Source: Centroscyllium fabricii
Taxonomy: Eukaryota
Direction: 5' to 3'
DNA: 64,000 nucleotides
Assembly (NCBI GenBank): GCA_051313645.2
Contig: JBNRSN020000001.1
Span: forward strand, 564,014,001-564,078,000
The notes under the pieces were generated by a model. That model saw only the letters and a program-made list of their open reading frames with translations. It ran no database searches and had not been told where the DNA came from. The position numbers and the translations under genes were made by a program. Below are positions 46,110 to 58,500 of the stretch, piece after piece (the stretch's first letter is position 1; every line of letters begins with the position of its first letter).

Positions 46110-47215
46110 TCTCAGATATTGGTGCAGTAGTAGGCATTTTCCTTGGCCTACTGCATGACAGGGAGAATGAGCAGGGGCAACACAGTAGGACAAGCTGCTG
46201 GAAGAGGGAGCAGGAGCAGGAGAGGAGAAGGGTTCACAGCAGGGGACCATGTCCACCCAGGATGTTCAGGGAGCAGTACCCCTACTTGAACCTCAGCAAG
46301 GAACAGTGCCTCAGACGTCTGAGCTTCACCATGGACATTCTCACTGCTGCAGCCACGTCTGCAACTTCAGAGCAGGGCAAGGACTGCATTACCAGTGGCT
46401 GTGAAGGCCACGGTGACCATGAACTTGTATGCGTCGGGCTCCTTCCAGGCTGGAGCAGGAGATATTTGCAACATTTCCCATTTTGCTGCCCACTGTTGCT
46501 TAAGTGAGGTAACTGAGGTTCTGTATTGCAAAAGAGCTAAATAAGTTTCATTCTCTCTAGCCAGAGAGCAGTAGGCAGAGTGAGCACACGGCTTGGCAAG
46601 GATTGCAGGCTTACCCATGGTGCAGGTGCCATTGAATGCACGCATGTTGCTTTGTGGGTGCCGCACGTAAACTCTGAGATATACTGCAACCGCAAGGGAT
46701 TCCACTCCCTCAACATCCAACTGGTGTGCTCCCATACACAGCGAATCATGCAAGTGACTGCTCGGTATCCTGGCAGCAGTTATGAGGCCTTCATTCTGCG
46801 GCAGTCCTCTGTGCCATCTGCATTTGAGCCACCATGACCAACCAGAGGGTGGCTACTGGGCAACAAGGGCCATCCAGTAACGACCTACTCATGACTCATG
46901 TGCGCAACCCATCCACACACGGGCAGCATGCATACAAAGAAAGCCATGCTGCCATACGAAATGTCATAGAGCAGACCATTGGCATGCTGAAGCAATGCTT
47001 CCACTGCCTGGACTGCTCTGGAGGAGCCCTGCAGCACTCAGTATAGCGGGTGTCAAGATTCGTGGTGGACTGTTGCATGCTGCACAACCTTGCCATCATG
47101 AGGTGAGCAGCTGGAGCCCTTGCCACCAGCTATACAGCAACCAGTTGAGGAGCAGGAGAGGAGGACGAGGAAGAGGAAGAGGAGGAGAAAGAGGAAGGGA
47201 GGAGGCAACCAAGCT
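46110..47215 (+). pseudogene. Harbinger DDE transposase (HARBI1-like), decayed
   Basis: GAIECTHVAL, YCNRKGFHSLNIQLVC, RYPGSSYEAFIL, WLLGNKG, HAAIRNVIEQTIGMLKQCFHCL, CCMLHNLAI and an acidic tail. Catalytic Asp positions are mutated, with stops and frameshifts. Confidence 0.88.
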
Positions 47216-47399
47216 GTCCGTGACTGACTCATCCGACTGTGATACAAGTATACGGAACCCCAATTCCCCATTCACCAACTGTCTCAGACCTGACCTTCCC
47301 TCTGTCACTGACCATCACGGCATCCGCTTGGCCACAATGCAAAAGCCAGCACAAAATAAACATTCCAAACCAAATTTATAAATCAAACCATGGCCCACT

Positions 47400-49270
47400 G
47401 CATACAAACATTAACTGCTCTACCACTGTTCATTCCCTTAGTGACTCTCTTGCATGTGATTTTGCCTGTCCAAGTGCTCCTTCCTACAAAGTGCTCCACA
47501 GTGGTTGCAGAATGGCTGGTGGAATTCAATTCAATTCAATTCAAGTTTTATTGTCATTGCAGAGTACTAGTACAATACAACGAGACGAAGACTCGACTCT
47601 CCCGAGAGGAAGGCTGCTGACTTTCAGTGGGGAGACTACAGATGTCCTTGCAGGACGACCTAGAAGGCCCAACTCCGGACTGGGCAGCAGCAGTCTGGGC
47701 TGGCTGGTTGACAGACAACAGAAAGGGCACTGGTGGAGTGGCAGTGGTGGGAGGATGACTACTGCCTTCCTGAGAGAGGACAGCAGGTTCTTGCTCCATG
47801 GAGCCACTGTCATTCTCCCGGGGCAGCACCTCAGCAATCCTAGTAATTTGTTGGAGGACAGATTGCTGGACTGCTGTGACACCCTGCAAGCCCCTTTCAA
47901 TGCTGGTATTCGCAGCTATGATGGCAACAGTTTGAGCTTGGGTGGCAGCAAGCTGAGCTTGCATGACAGAAGTCTGAGCTTGCAGTGCAGCACCCAGACA
48001 TTGAGTGGCTTCTACTTGTGCTGCAATGGAAGCTGAGACATCAGCCATCAGGCGCTGCATCCTGACATTGAACTCAGGCATTCTGGTAGGCCTGCCAATG
48101 CACCAAGCATTTCATTGTGCATACCCATCAGCCTTCTTCTGTAGCCTGCCCCATTGAAGAGCTCATCTGAGTCCTCTGCAGCAGAACACGTGCATGACCT
48201 CGCCCTCTGGTGATCTGACACCTGCATTACCCTTGTCCCTTATCCTGGCTGCTGGCCATTCGTGCCCGGTATCTCACCATATGCAGATCCCGTGTCTAAG
48301 CTATCATCTAAATTACGCGCAGTCAGTATCTGCAAGTGTGAAATGAAACAATGGTGTTTCCTCTTCATCGCTGTCTTCCTGCTCTTGCTCCTCCACCACT
48401 GCCTGGCCAGGTTACAGTTCTTAGGTACCTGAAAGAAGAAATACACAAGGGTAGGTTTGTGATGAAGGTGGGGCGGGGGTGGTGGTGAGCAAGAGGCACA
48501 AGCTTACACCATCTGCAGCTTGTAAATCGGAAGAGATTATGCGATGAGGGGGAAGTAGGATGTAGAAGGATTAGGTATGAGGATTCCGTCATCTTCGATG
48601 GTTTTCAGCCCCGCCGCCGGCCACGGCCTCAGCGATCGCCACTCCAGTGATGGCGACCACCGTCTCCTCCATCAGGGTAAGGACATGTAGCTGTGCCTGT
48701 CCCCTGCCGGTTAGCTCCTGTTGCCTCCGGTTATGTGCCAACTTGTCCTGCAATAGAGAGGGAAGTGCATCAGTGAGTGTGGTGCACTGTGTTTGGGTGA
48801 TGTGCCTGTCATGGTTGAATAGCTGGCAGTGTGTGCAAGCTGTGAGATGTGGGTGTGAGGCTTGCAGCAGTGTTAAGTGTGTGAGGGTGAGGTGCAGCTA
48901 TGGATGTGAGGAATGAGTCATGATTGGTAGAGATTATTGGTAAGTGAGTGACCGAGTGTAATGCATTGAGCAGTGTGTGAGGTGCGTGGTGCAGTTGGTG
49001 GGATAAGTCATTTGAAGATGAATTCACTGACCTTGACCAGTCATTAAATGTCATTCAACTTCTTGTGGCACTGCATGCAGATCCTCGCGGCTTGACTCCT
49101 GGCATTGACTGCCATGGCTATCTGCTACCATTGCCTTCACAAATTTTGTCTGGAGAGACTCCTGCCCTCCTGTGGACAGATGACCTCGCTCCTCCTCTCC
49201 ACCTCCTCCACCAAGGGCTCCAGTGCAGCATCAGGAACCTTGGAGCAAGCTCTTTCCCCTGTTGAGCCGT
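47400..49270 (-). pseudogene. Harbinger Myb/SANT accessory gene (3 exons), convergent with the transposase, decayed
   Basis: Exon 1 APRFLMLH/ALEPLVEEVERR..MQCHKKLND; exon 2 CAG|DKLAHNRRQQELTGRG at 48747; exon 3 acceptor at 48428 with a coiled-coil Q/A-rich region. Confidence 0.78.
47525..47607 (-). mobile_element. 83-bp Rex1 3'-end insertion
   Basis: Nearly identical to 32530-32609, including (TTCAA)n; GGAA duplicated on both flanks. Confidence 0.85.
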
Positions 49271-50621
49271 AAATCACACTTCCTCCTGCTCAGACCCTCT
49301 TCCACAAACAGTTCCAGCACCTGCTCCAGCCAGAATGCACCTCCTATTTTAGAGTCCCGAGATCATTCATTAAACCCTTCTACAGAAGAGAGGAGAAATG
49401 ACATGGCTTCTATTGTAAGAGGCAGGACTGGTGTGGTGACGTCCCCCCTCCTCCCAGAAATTGTCGAATCTGCTTATCCTCAGGCAATGTACAGTATACC
49501 TGCTTGATGCAACCTGCGTCACAGTATCAATCCAGTTTACACGACCACTGCACTCTTGAACTGGTCTCAGATTGGCCTTTTCTACCTAAGACTGAAAGCT
49601 GAAGACTGAGTTTATTATTGTGCACTGAGGTCTTTCAGGAAGCCAAATGATGTTGCATGTGCTAAGAATTATTCCTAATGCAATGAGTATGAATGAAGTC
49701 TCTAAATGGTCCAACAACTTAATATTAAACAATTAAGAATCAAATTTTAAAAGTTTCTAGTCCAGTGAGTATGTTACCAATATAGACTTGTAAAAGCTAT
49801 TTGATTTCAAAGTCAGCCATGTCTCACCATTACAAATTTCATTTCCTTGGCAAGTTGGCTTTGCGCATATGCAACAGACATATGAGGCTCTTTCATGAAG
49901 TTGGTGTCATACCTACGTATTTTCTGGAGGGTTACTTTTCCAAAGGCATGTCCCGGCACAGTGAGTCACTGGCCAGGAGCGCATACTAGGAAATAGTTTT
50001 ACGCTTTAATAGACGTAAAATCATAGGTCCATGATTTCCTGATGTGTGTTCCCAGTGGAAAGGCTCCATCCAGGAGCAGGCATTCAGAGAATCAATCTTT
50101 AAGCAATTTCACACCTGAATTATACTAGAAAGTTTGCACTGATGGGAAGCTTACAGTGCAGCTCACCAACATGAATTGTGTCGTATAACTGGCCTGGAAA
50201 GTTCATGAGTTGAGCCTAATGGTACAATAATATTGTACCAGCTACATGACAGGTGAGGAGAGCAGTATTTTACTCTAATTCCTCTGGCTTGAGACTGCTG
50301 CCTGCTGAGTTAACAGGCATATTAAAACTATTTTTAACATGTGAATACCTTGGTTGTGTTAAGATTCTAATGGTGTGCTAATTCATTTTATTATACCCTT
50401 AGGCTCAATTCTCAAATTCAATTGGTTAAAATGCAATAACTACCTTAAAACACACACAAATTTTGCCTGTCAGCTTAAGAGGAATATAATTATATTGTTT
50501 ACCAATGAGATTAAATATGAATATCCTAAAACAAAGATAGTACTCTGTAATAGAAAATAATATTTACTGTTAGTCTCTAAGGGGGTGATATTTTACTTAA
50601 TGCACAGCCAGTACAATAAAT

Positions 50622-50952
50622 AAAGAAAAGAAAGACTTGCATTTATATAGCGCCTTTCACGACAACCGGTCGTCTCAAAGAGCTTCACAGCCAATGAAGT
50701 GCTTTTGAAGTAGAGTCACTGCTGTAATGTGGGACATGCGCCAGGCAATTTGCGCACAGTAAGGTCCCACAAACAGCAATGTGATAATGACCAGATAATA
50801 TGATTTTGTTCTGTTGGTTGAGAGATAAATATTGGCCCCAGGACACCGGGGATAACTGCCCCTGCTCTTCTTCAAAATAGTGCCATGGGATCTTGTACAT
50901 CCACCTGAGAGAGCAAACGGGGCCTCAGTTTAATGTCTCATCCGAAAGACGG
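50622..50952 (-). mobile_element. 5'-truncated SacSINE1-like DeuSINE
   Basis: Reverse-complement homolog of 43609-43930. Confidence 0.85.
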
Positions 50953-51849
50953 ATAAGAGTTAAAATATTGCTGAGTATCCAATCTCTTGGTCTATGGATC
51001 AGATTAGGAAGAATTTCTTTGACTTGCAGAAAAGTACTCCAGTAAGCCAACACTCTTTTAAATTCATAACAATAAGAAAAGCACAAACTGTCTAATATAA
51101 ATGGAGAAGAAAGTCTTGTGTGTGGGGAATAAATATGTACACGCACTAGCATTTATTTCCCATGTTCAAAATATTGTGAATTAATTTGTATAGCCCATGA
51201 ATAATTTCACACTAATCAACATTAGTGACATGTGGGTGAGGGGGGAGACATTCCTTCTCCCGTCCTGTCAGGGTGTGAGACAAGACAAGTGCACCTGAAA
51301 TGCAGTCTGCCTGATCTGGCCAGAGCCCACCTGACCTTCTGGGTTCAGGTCACCTGCATAGGCCCAGCATTTCCTGGCACAAGCCCACCACTTGGCAGGG
51401 ACTCAAGTCAGAAGTGGGAGAGGAAACTCACTTGCTGATGCAGGTCTGAGAAACCAGCAGCAGTAGTAAAGATAGCAGCTGTCTTTAGGCCTGTGGCTTC
51501 TGTCCCTAAGAACTCCTGGCCCAATGAAAAGAATGGTTGTCCTGCTGACCCTATGATGAAATGAAGCAACCTATCTTGTATGTGTCTCCAGACTTTGCTC
51601 CCAGTCCCTTCTCAGGTTATTTGATGTGAGAGACTAGTCACCAGGTATAAGGCCCACTAACTGTGGGCAGCCCTATGTGTAGGTCAATATCAAGTGACTC
51701 AGGAAAATCAGGACAGTCAGAAGGCCCCGAGATCAACAGCCTTCTCAGGCTTGCATCTAGGCCTGTGTTCCTAACCCCTGTTCAAGGCAGTAAGAACTTA
51801 ATCCATCCATATGCCATTTTGGACAATCAACACTTGTCTAGCACCCGAG

Positions 51850-53487
51850 TGATGCGCAATCAATTATATTCGAGGCGAGATTGAGAATACAACTGAGGCT
51901 TTTATTCACTAAGAACCCTGGATATCCTTAGACTGACCGGCAACTCCTTGTACTGGGCCAGGCTCCCGGAGCTTGGCCTTTATCAGGTAGGCTAGGGGCG
52001 GAGTCAGCTTCAGGCATGCCCGGGCATGTATACACATAGGCAAAAGGCAACTTTATACAACAGGTTTTTACCACATTCACCCCTTCTTTAAAAATGAGTC
52101 CAGCGGGGTGAAATGAGACAAAGTCAAGTGTACATGAGTCTTTCAGGAGGTCTGGTACACCTCTGTGATCGTCGTGGCTCCGGCTGCAGTGCTGGTTGCA
52201 CGTCTTCGTCCGCACGGGGGCAGTCGGTGGTCGGCGGCTGGGTCCATGGATTCGGCGCGCAGTGTACAGGGGCTAGGGGACAAAGATCGGACGCAGGCGC
52301 CTCCCGGGGGGTGGTGGGTTGCAAAAGGGGGGAGTGGCGGGGCTCAGCAGCATCGGGGGCACCCGAGGGGGAGAGGTCCCAAATAGAAATGGTGTCCTCC
52401 CGCCCGTCCGGATACGCAATGTAGGCGTATTGGGGGTTTGCGTGGAGGAGTTGGACTCTTTCGATGAGGGGGTCCGTCTTATGGCTCCTGACGTGTTTCC
52501 TGGGGACGTCAGCCAAGATGGGAGCGATGGCCCTGTCTGGAGTGCTTCACTTGGCCGCAGAAATAGCACTTCTGACTCCAGGGTACCGCCGCGGTGGTCG
52601 GGCCGTTCACGGGGTGAGACGAAGGTGGCGTGACGTAAGGCATCGGGCCTGGCGTGTTCCACGCTGGCGGCTCCCGTAAGGTCCATGGGGCGGCCATGTG
52701 CGCGTACGACTCCATACTCCGATCAGCCCCTTCGAGTGCGAGTCCGATGTCTGTGGCCTTCTTCAGGGACAGTTTCCCCAGTTCCAGCAGTCTCTTCCGG
52801 GTGTAGTCCGATTGTACGCCGGCGACGATGGCGTCTCGGACTAGCAGCTCCCTGTGCTCATCTGCCGAGGCCACTTCGCAGTTGCAGGCTCTGCTGAGCT
52901 CCGTCAGGGCCCGCACAAAGCCAGCGAAACTCTCCTCGGGCCGTTGTTTGCGAGTCAGCAGGAGGTGCCTGGCGTAAACCATGTTAGTCGGCCGCTTGTA
53001 CTGCTCCTTGAAGAGGGCCATCGCCGATGTGTAGGCGGTCGTTCCCTTGATGAGTTGGAACACCCGGTGATGGAGCCGTGACTGCAAAAGCAAGAGTTTC
53101 TGGGCGTCCGTCTGGACAGTGCTGGCGGAGGTCGCCAGGAATCCCTCAAAGCAGGTTAGCCAGTGGGAGAAGCTGCTCGGCACCTCTGGTGCGCTCAGGT
53201 CGAGTTCCAGGGTGGATAGCTTTAGGAGGGCGTCCATCTCAAAACTCTTAGTTAATAAAATTGATGCGCGATCAATTATACTCGAGGTGAGGTTGAGAAT
53301 ACAACTGAGGCTTTTATTCACTAAGAACCCTGGACATCCTTAGACAGACCGGCAACTCCTTGTACTGGGCCAGGCTCCCGGAGCTTGGCCTTTATCAGGT
53401 AGGCTAGGGGCGGAGTCAGCTTCAGGCATGCCCGGGCATGTATACACATAGGCAAAAGGCAACTATATACAACAGTGGTTTACCACA
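51850..53487 (-). mobile_element. Internally deleted Gypsy LTR element of the PBS-less family
   Basis: 226-bp LTRs at 51850-52075 and 53262-53487, TSD CCGAG, same PPT as the 39007 element. Gag is joined directly to an integrase C-terminal remnant. Confidence 0.93.
52509..53237 (-). pseudogene. gag: Gag truncated in the first zinc knuckle
   Basis: MDALLKLSTLELD..FSHWLTCF..YARHLLLTRKQ..VRDAIVAG..CYFCGQ; homologous to the gags at 43307 and 54056. Confidence 0.85.
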
Positions 53488-53556
53488 CCGAGCAAAGTGG
53501 GTACAGAAATATCTAAGCCAATATTTTCCTTGTTCTAGACCAAACTGGCTCACAAT

Positions 53557-53739
53557 GCCATAGAATCATAGAAACGTACAGCACAGAAGGAGGCCATTCG
53601 GCCCGTCGTGCCTGTGTCGGCTCTTTGAAAGAGCAGTCATCCTTAGTCCCACATCCCGTTTTTTGTCCGTAAGCCTCTAAGTTCCTCAGCCTCAATTAAC
53701 TTGTTCAACTCCCTTTTAAAAGTATTTATAACATCAGCT
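53557..53739 (-). mobile_element. CR1-type LINE 3'-end fragment
   Basis: Minus strand reads GGGCCGAATGGCCTCCTTCTGTGCTGTA...TTCTATGATTCTATG. Confidence 0.7.
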
Positions 53740-55330
53740 TGTGGTAACCGTCTTATATCTATATTACCAGTGTATCACCATGGCTAATGATGGGCTGTGC
53801 AGATGTTAGGCACAGCCCGGTTTACTGTGACACTGTTGGGAGCCAGGTCAGCCACACCCCCGACTCCTCCCCCAGGTGAGGCCCCGATATAGGTTTGGTC
53901 TGACCGAGGCTCCATCCATTCCTGTATAGTAGTTCGTAAGGAGAGTAGCTCCGTTCTTTAGTAATTAAAAGCCTTTCGTTTCGGTAACTACGCGTCGACT
54001 CTTTTAATTGAAGACCTTGACGATACGTCAATTTTAATTACTAAACTATTTTAAAATGGATAGCTACAACGTTAAGCAGGAGAAGCTGGACATCAGCCCC
54101 CAGGACCCTGCTGCTCCCACTACCTTCGAACACTGGTTCGGCCTGCTGGAGGCCTTCATGGAAGCCGCTGAGGCTACAACAGACAGGGACATGCTACATG
54201 TCCTGCGGTCTAGGATCTCCAGCAGAGTATTCACCCTCGTCAGGAACGCCACCACCTATGAAGCGACTGTAAAGATTTTAAAGAAATGCTACGTGCGCCC
54301 GGTCCATTCGGTCTACGCCCGACATGTGCTAGCGACTAGACCTCAACTACTGGGTGAGTCGAATGAAGAGTTTGAGCAAGCGCTCCTAGCCCTGGTACGG
54401 GCCTGTGGCTGCAAAGGCACAACTATTGCAGAGGAGGAAGAACTCCTCGTTCGGGACGCTTATGTCACAGGACTAAGGTGTGTGGAAGCCCGCCAGCGGC
54501 TACTAGAGAGAGATAATCTAACCCTCGAGGAGGCAACCACGTTAGCCAAATCGGTTGAGGGGGCCCGCAGAAAGTTACAGGCGTACAGCGGCACTAACCC
54601 GCAAGCCTACAACATATGGGCCACGCCGCAACAGGCCCAGGCCTGGGCGCCACGGGCCGAGACCACCACGATGGCCGCGACGGCCACTGAAGACGTTAAA
54701 AAAAAGCGCTGTTACTTCTGCGGCCAGGGACTGCATCCTAGAGCGAAATGCCCAGCCAGGACAGCGACCTGCGAGAAATGCGCAAAGAAGGGACACTACG
54801 CTAAGGTCTGCAAATCGGCTCCAGCAGCGTCTCCAGCAGCGTCTCCAGCAGCGTTTAACAAAAGGTACAACAGTGCAGCCTGTGAGAGCACCGACAGAGA
54901 CCAGGTAAGCTGCATTAGCAGCGCGATCCAGCGACGGTACGGGGGTAAACGACAAGCGCCCCCATCCCCCACCCCGATGCAGCAAAGACCGGCCAAGCGC
55001 GACCCCCCAACGCGGCCGGCTGCGTGCGAATCACGGGCACCGCCAACCCGACCAGCGCGTCCACAGGGCCCCCCAGAAACACCATTTCGCAACCAAGGCC
55101 CCTCCATGTGCGAGCCAGGGATGGCGCCATCTTGTATACGGGGCCCCACCAGCTGCGGGCCAGGGGCGACGCCATCTTGTATCCAGGGCCCCTCCATGTG
55201 CGAGCCAGGGGCGGCGCCATCTTGTATACGGGGCCCCACCAGCTGCGGGCCAGGGGCGACGCCATCTTGTATCCAGGGCCCCTCCATGTGCGAGCCAGGG
55301 GCGACGCCATCTTGTGCACAGTCCCGATCA
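53740..55330 (+). mobile_element. 3'-truncated Gypsy of the PBS-less family (5' LTR 53740-54030 plus gag)
   Basis: TG...CA LTR related to the solo LTR at 19575. Gag starts 26 nt after the LTR; no pol or 3' LTR seen. Confidence 0.85.
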
Positions 55331-55405
55331 GCAGGGGCTGCTGCAGCCAGAACCCTTCCGGCAACTTTTCGCCTAGCTAACTGCTTACATTTCTATGTTT
55401 ATTAA
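54056..55405 (+). CDS. gag: Gag (two CCHC knuckles) with a 15-aa repeat tail; the last ~25 codons run into flanking DNA
   Basis: FEHWFGLLEAF..YARHVLATRPQ..VRDAYVTGL..CYFCGQGLHPRAKC..CEKCAKKGHYAKVC. Confidence 0.8.
   Translation: MDSYNVKQEKLDISPQDPAAPTTFEHWFGLLEAFMEAAEATTDRDMLHVLRSRISSRVFTLVRNATTYEATVKILKKCYVRPVHSVYARHVLATRPQLLGESNEEFEQALLALVRACGCKGTTIAEEEELLVRDAYVTGLRCVEARQRLLERDNLTLEEATTLAKSVEGARRKLQAYSGTNPQAYNIWATPQQAQAWAPRAETTTMAATATEDVKKKRCYFCGQGLHPRAKCPARTATCEKCAKKGHYAKVCKSAPAASPAASPAAFNKRYNSAACESTDRDQVSCISSAIQRRYGGKRQAPPSPTPMQQRPAKRDPPTRPAACESRAPPTRPARPQGPPETPFRNQGPSMCEPGMAPSCIRGPTSCGPGATPSCIQGPSMCEPGAAPSCIRGPTSCGPGATPSCIQGPSMCEPGATPSCAQSRSAGAAAARTLPATFRLANCLHFYVY
55096..55320 (+). repeat. 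5 x 45-bp tandem repeat with alternating A/B units, each containing CGCCATCTTG
   Basis: Encodes alternating GPSMCEPG..PSCI and GPTSCGPGATPSCI. Confidence 0.9.
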
Positions 55406-55542
55406 GGGGGAAAAATTCAGTTGTTTGCGCCTCCAGTTATCGCCTTAAGAGGGTACTAATGAGGAGCAATGCAACTCGCACTCGGGCACAGCGATATTTG
55501 CGCCGCTCACGAAATTAACTAGACATTTTGCAGCGGCGCTAA

Positions 55543-58500
55543 ACACTGGCCTCAACTGCCTTCTGTGGAAGAGACTTCCACAGGTTCACCAGTCTCTGGG
55601 TGAAGAAATTCCTCCTCATCTCTGTCCTAAATGGCTTACCCCTTATCCTTAGACTATGACCCCTGGTTCTGGACTCCCCGCCATCGGAAATATCCTTACT
55701 GCATCTAGTCTGCCTAGTCCTTTTATAAGTTTCAATGAAATCCCCTCTCATTCTTCTAAACTCCAGCAGTTACAAGCCCAATCGACCCAATGTCTCCTCA
55801 TAATTCATTCCTGCCATCCCAAGTATCAGTCTGGTGAATCTTCGCTGCACTCCCTCCATGGCAAGAACGTCCTTCCTCAGATAAGTTGACCAAAACTGCA
55901 CACAGTACTCAAGGTGTTGTCTCACCAAGGCCCTGTACAAATGCAGCAAAACCTTGTTCCTGTACTCAAACCCTCTCGCTATGAAGGCCAACATATCATT
56001 CACCTTCTTAACCACCTGCTGTACCTACATGTTTGCCTTCAGCGACTGGTGCACAAGGACACACAGGTCTGGTTGCACTTCTTCTCCCAATCCATTGCCA
56101 TTCAGATAATAATCTGCCTTCCTGTTTTTGCCATCAAAGTGGATAACCTTGCATTTATCCACATTATACTGCATCTTCCATGCATCTGCCCAATCACCCA
56201 ACCTGTCCAAATCATACTGTAGTTTCTTGGCATCCTCCTCACAGCACACACGCCCACCCAGCTTTGTGTCGTCTGCTTAGAGATATTACATCTAATTCCG
56301 TCGTCTAGATCATTAATATATATTGTGAATAGCTGGGGTCCTAGCACCGATCCCTGCAGTACCTCACTAATCACTGCCTGCCACTCGGAAAAATATCCAT
56401 TTATTCCAACTCTTTGCTTCCTGTCTGCCAACCATTTCTCTATCCAAGTCATTACCTTGCCCCCAATCCCATGTGCCTTAACTTTACACACTAATCTTTT
56501 ATGCGGAACCTTATCGAAAGCCTTCTGAAAGTCCAAATACACCACATCCACTGGTTCTCCCTTATCTATTCTACCAGTTACATCCTCAAGAAATTCCAGT
56601 AGATTACTCAAGCACGATTTACATTTTTTAAATCCATGTTGACTTTGTCCGATCCTGTCACTGTTTTGCAAGTGCTCTGCTATTACATCTTTTATAATAG
56701 GCTCTAGCATTTTCCCCACTACCGATGTCAGGCTTACTGCTATATATTTCCCTATTTTCTCTCCACCACCTTTTTTGAATAGTCGGGTAACATTAGTTAC
56801 CCTCCAATCCATGGAAACTGTTCCAGAATCTATAGAATTTTGGAAGATGACCATTAATGCATCTACTATTTCTAGGGCCACTTCCTTAAGTACCCTAGGA
56901 TGTAGATTATCAGGCCCTGGGGATTTATCGGCCTTCAATCCCGTCAATTTCCCTAACATCATTTCCCTACAAATATTGATTTGATTCATTTCCTCCCTCT
57001 CATTAGACCCTATGTTCCCCGACATCTCTGGGAGGTTATTTGTGTCCTCCTTTGTCAAGACAGAACCAAAGTATGTATTTAATTGTTCAGCCATTTCTTT
57101 GGCCCCCATTATAAATTCCCCTGATTCTGACTGCAAGGGACCTATGCTTGACTTCACCAATCTTTTTCTCTCCCCATATCAGTAGAAGCTTTTACAGACA
57201 GTTTTTATGTTCCCTGAAATCTTGCTGTCATACTCTATGTTGCTCCTCTTAAGGAATCCATTTGTCCTCCTTTGTTGAATCCTAAACTGCTCCCAATCCT
57301 CAGGTTTGTTGCTTTTTCTGGCCAATTTATATGTCCTCTCCTTGGATCTTACGTGATCCCTAATTTCCCTTGTTAGCCATGGTTGATTCACCTTTTTTGT
57401 TTTATTTTCATGCCAAACTGTGATGAACAAATTATGTAGTTCATCCATGCGATCTTTAAATGTTTGCCATTACCTATCCACCATCAACCCTTTGAGTAAC
57501 ATTCCCCAATCAATCTTACCCAACTCATGCCTCATACCATCGTAGTTTCCTTTATTTAAATTCAGGACCCTAGTCTCTGAGTCAAATACTTCACTCTCCA
57601 TCTTAATGAAAAATTCTATCATATTATGATCGCAAGGGGCCTTGCACAACAAGATTGCTAATTATTCCTTTCTCATTACATTATACCCAGTCTAAGATGG
57701 CCTGATCTCTAATTGGTTCCTCAACACATTGGTCCAGGAAACCATCCCATATACACTCCAGGAATTCCTCCTCCACAGTTTTGTTATTAATTTGGTTAGC
57801 CTAATCTACATGTAGATTAAAGTCACCATTGATAACTGCTATGCCCTTGTTGCACGCGTCTCTAATGTCCCGGTTAATGCCATCGCCAACCTTTGCATTA
57901 CTGTTTGGGGGTCTGTATACAACTCCCACTAACTTTTTCTGCCCCTTGGTATTTCTCAGCTCTACCCATACAGATTCCACATCATCAGAGCTAATATCCT
58001 TCCTTACAATTGTGTTAATCTCCTCTTTAACCAGCAAGGCTAACATGCCTCCTTTTCCTTTTTGCCTGTCTTTCCTGAATATTGGGCCAGAATTTCGGGT
58101 TTGCCGGTTGGTGGGCAACTAGGACCATGGGGATCCCTAACGAACCGCACCAACATCGCACGTTTTTTACTCCCAGCATTTCGGCTTGGCTGCGCCTCCT
58201 TCCTGCGCAACGTGGCAGTCCAGCCACGCTAAGAGCGCAGTGTATGCCCCGCCCACAGATCCCAAATTTAAATTAAAAAACGGCCACAGATCCCCAATTT
58301 AAATTAAAAAATGCGCACAGATCCCGAGTCGGACTTTTGAGAGAGCAGGGACGTGAGGCGCTGCACTCACAGACTCGGCAGTGAGCAGCGCGGCCAGTCC
58401 AGCTTTTGACCGAAGGTAAGTCAGCGATTTTTTCTCTTCGTTTTTTAACTTCACTAAATTAGTTAAAAATTTCAGAACTCTAAATTTAAAAATTAGCGAT

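Noticed and set aside
46110-49270. Host HARBI1/NAIF1 genes
   Set aside because: Multiple stops, frameshifts, mutated catalytic residues and several paralogous remnants in the window indicate dead transposons.
49500-51800. Unique-looking DNA as gene or enhancer
   Set aside because: No ORF, motif or structure I can support beyond the SINE at 50622.
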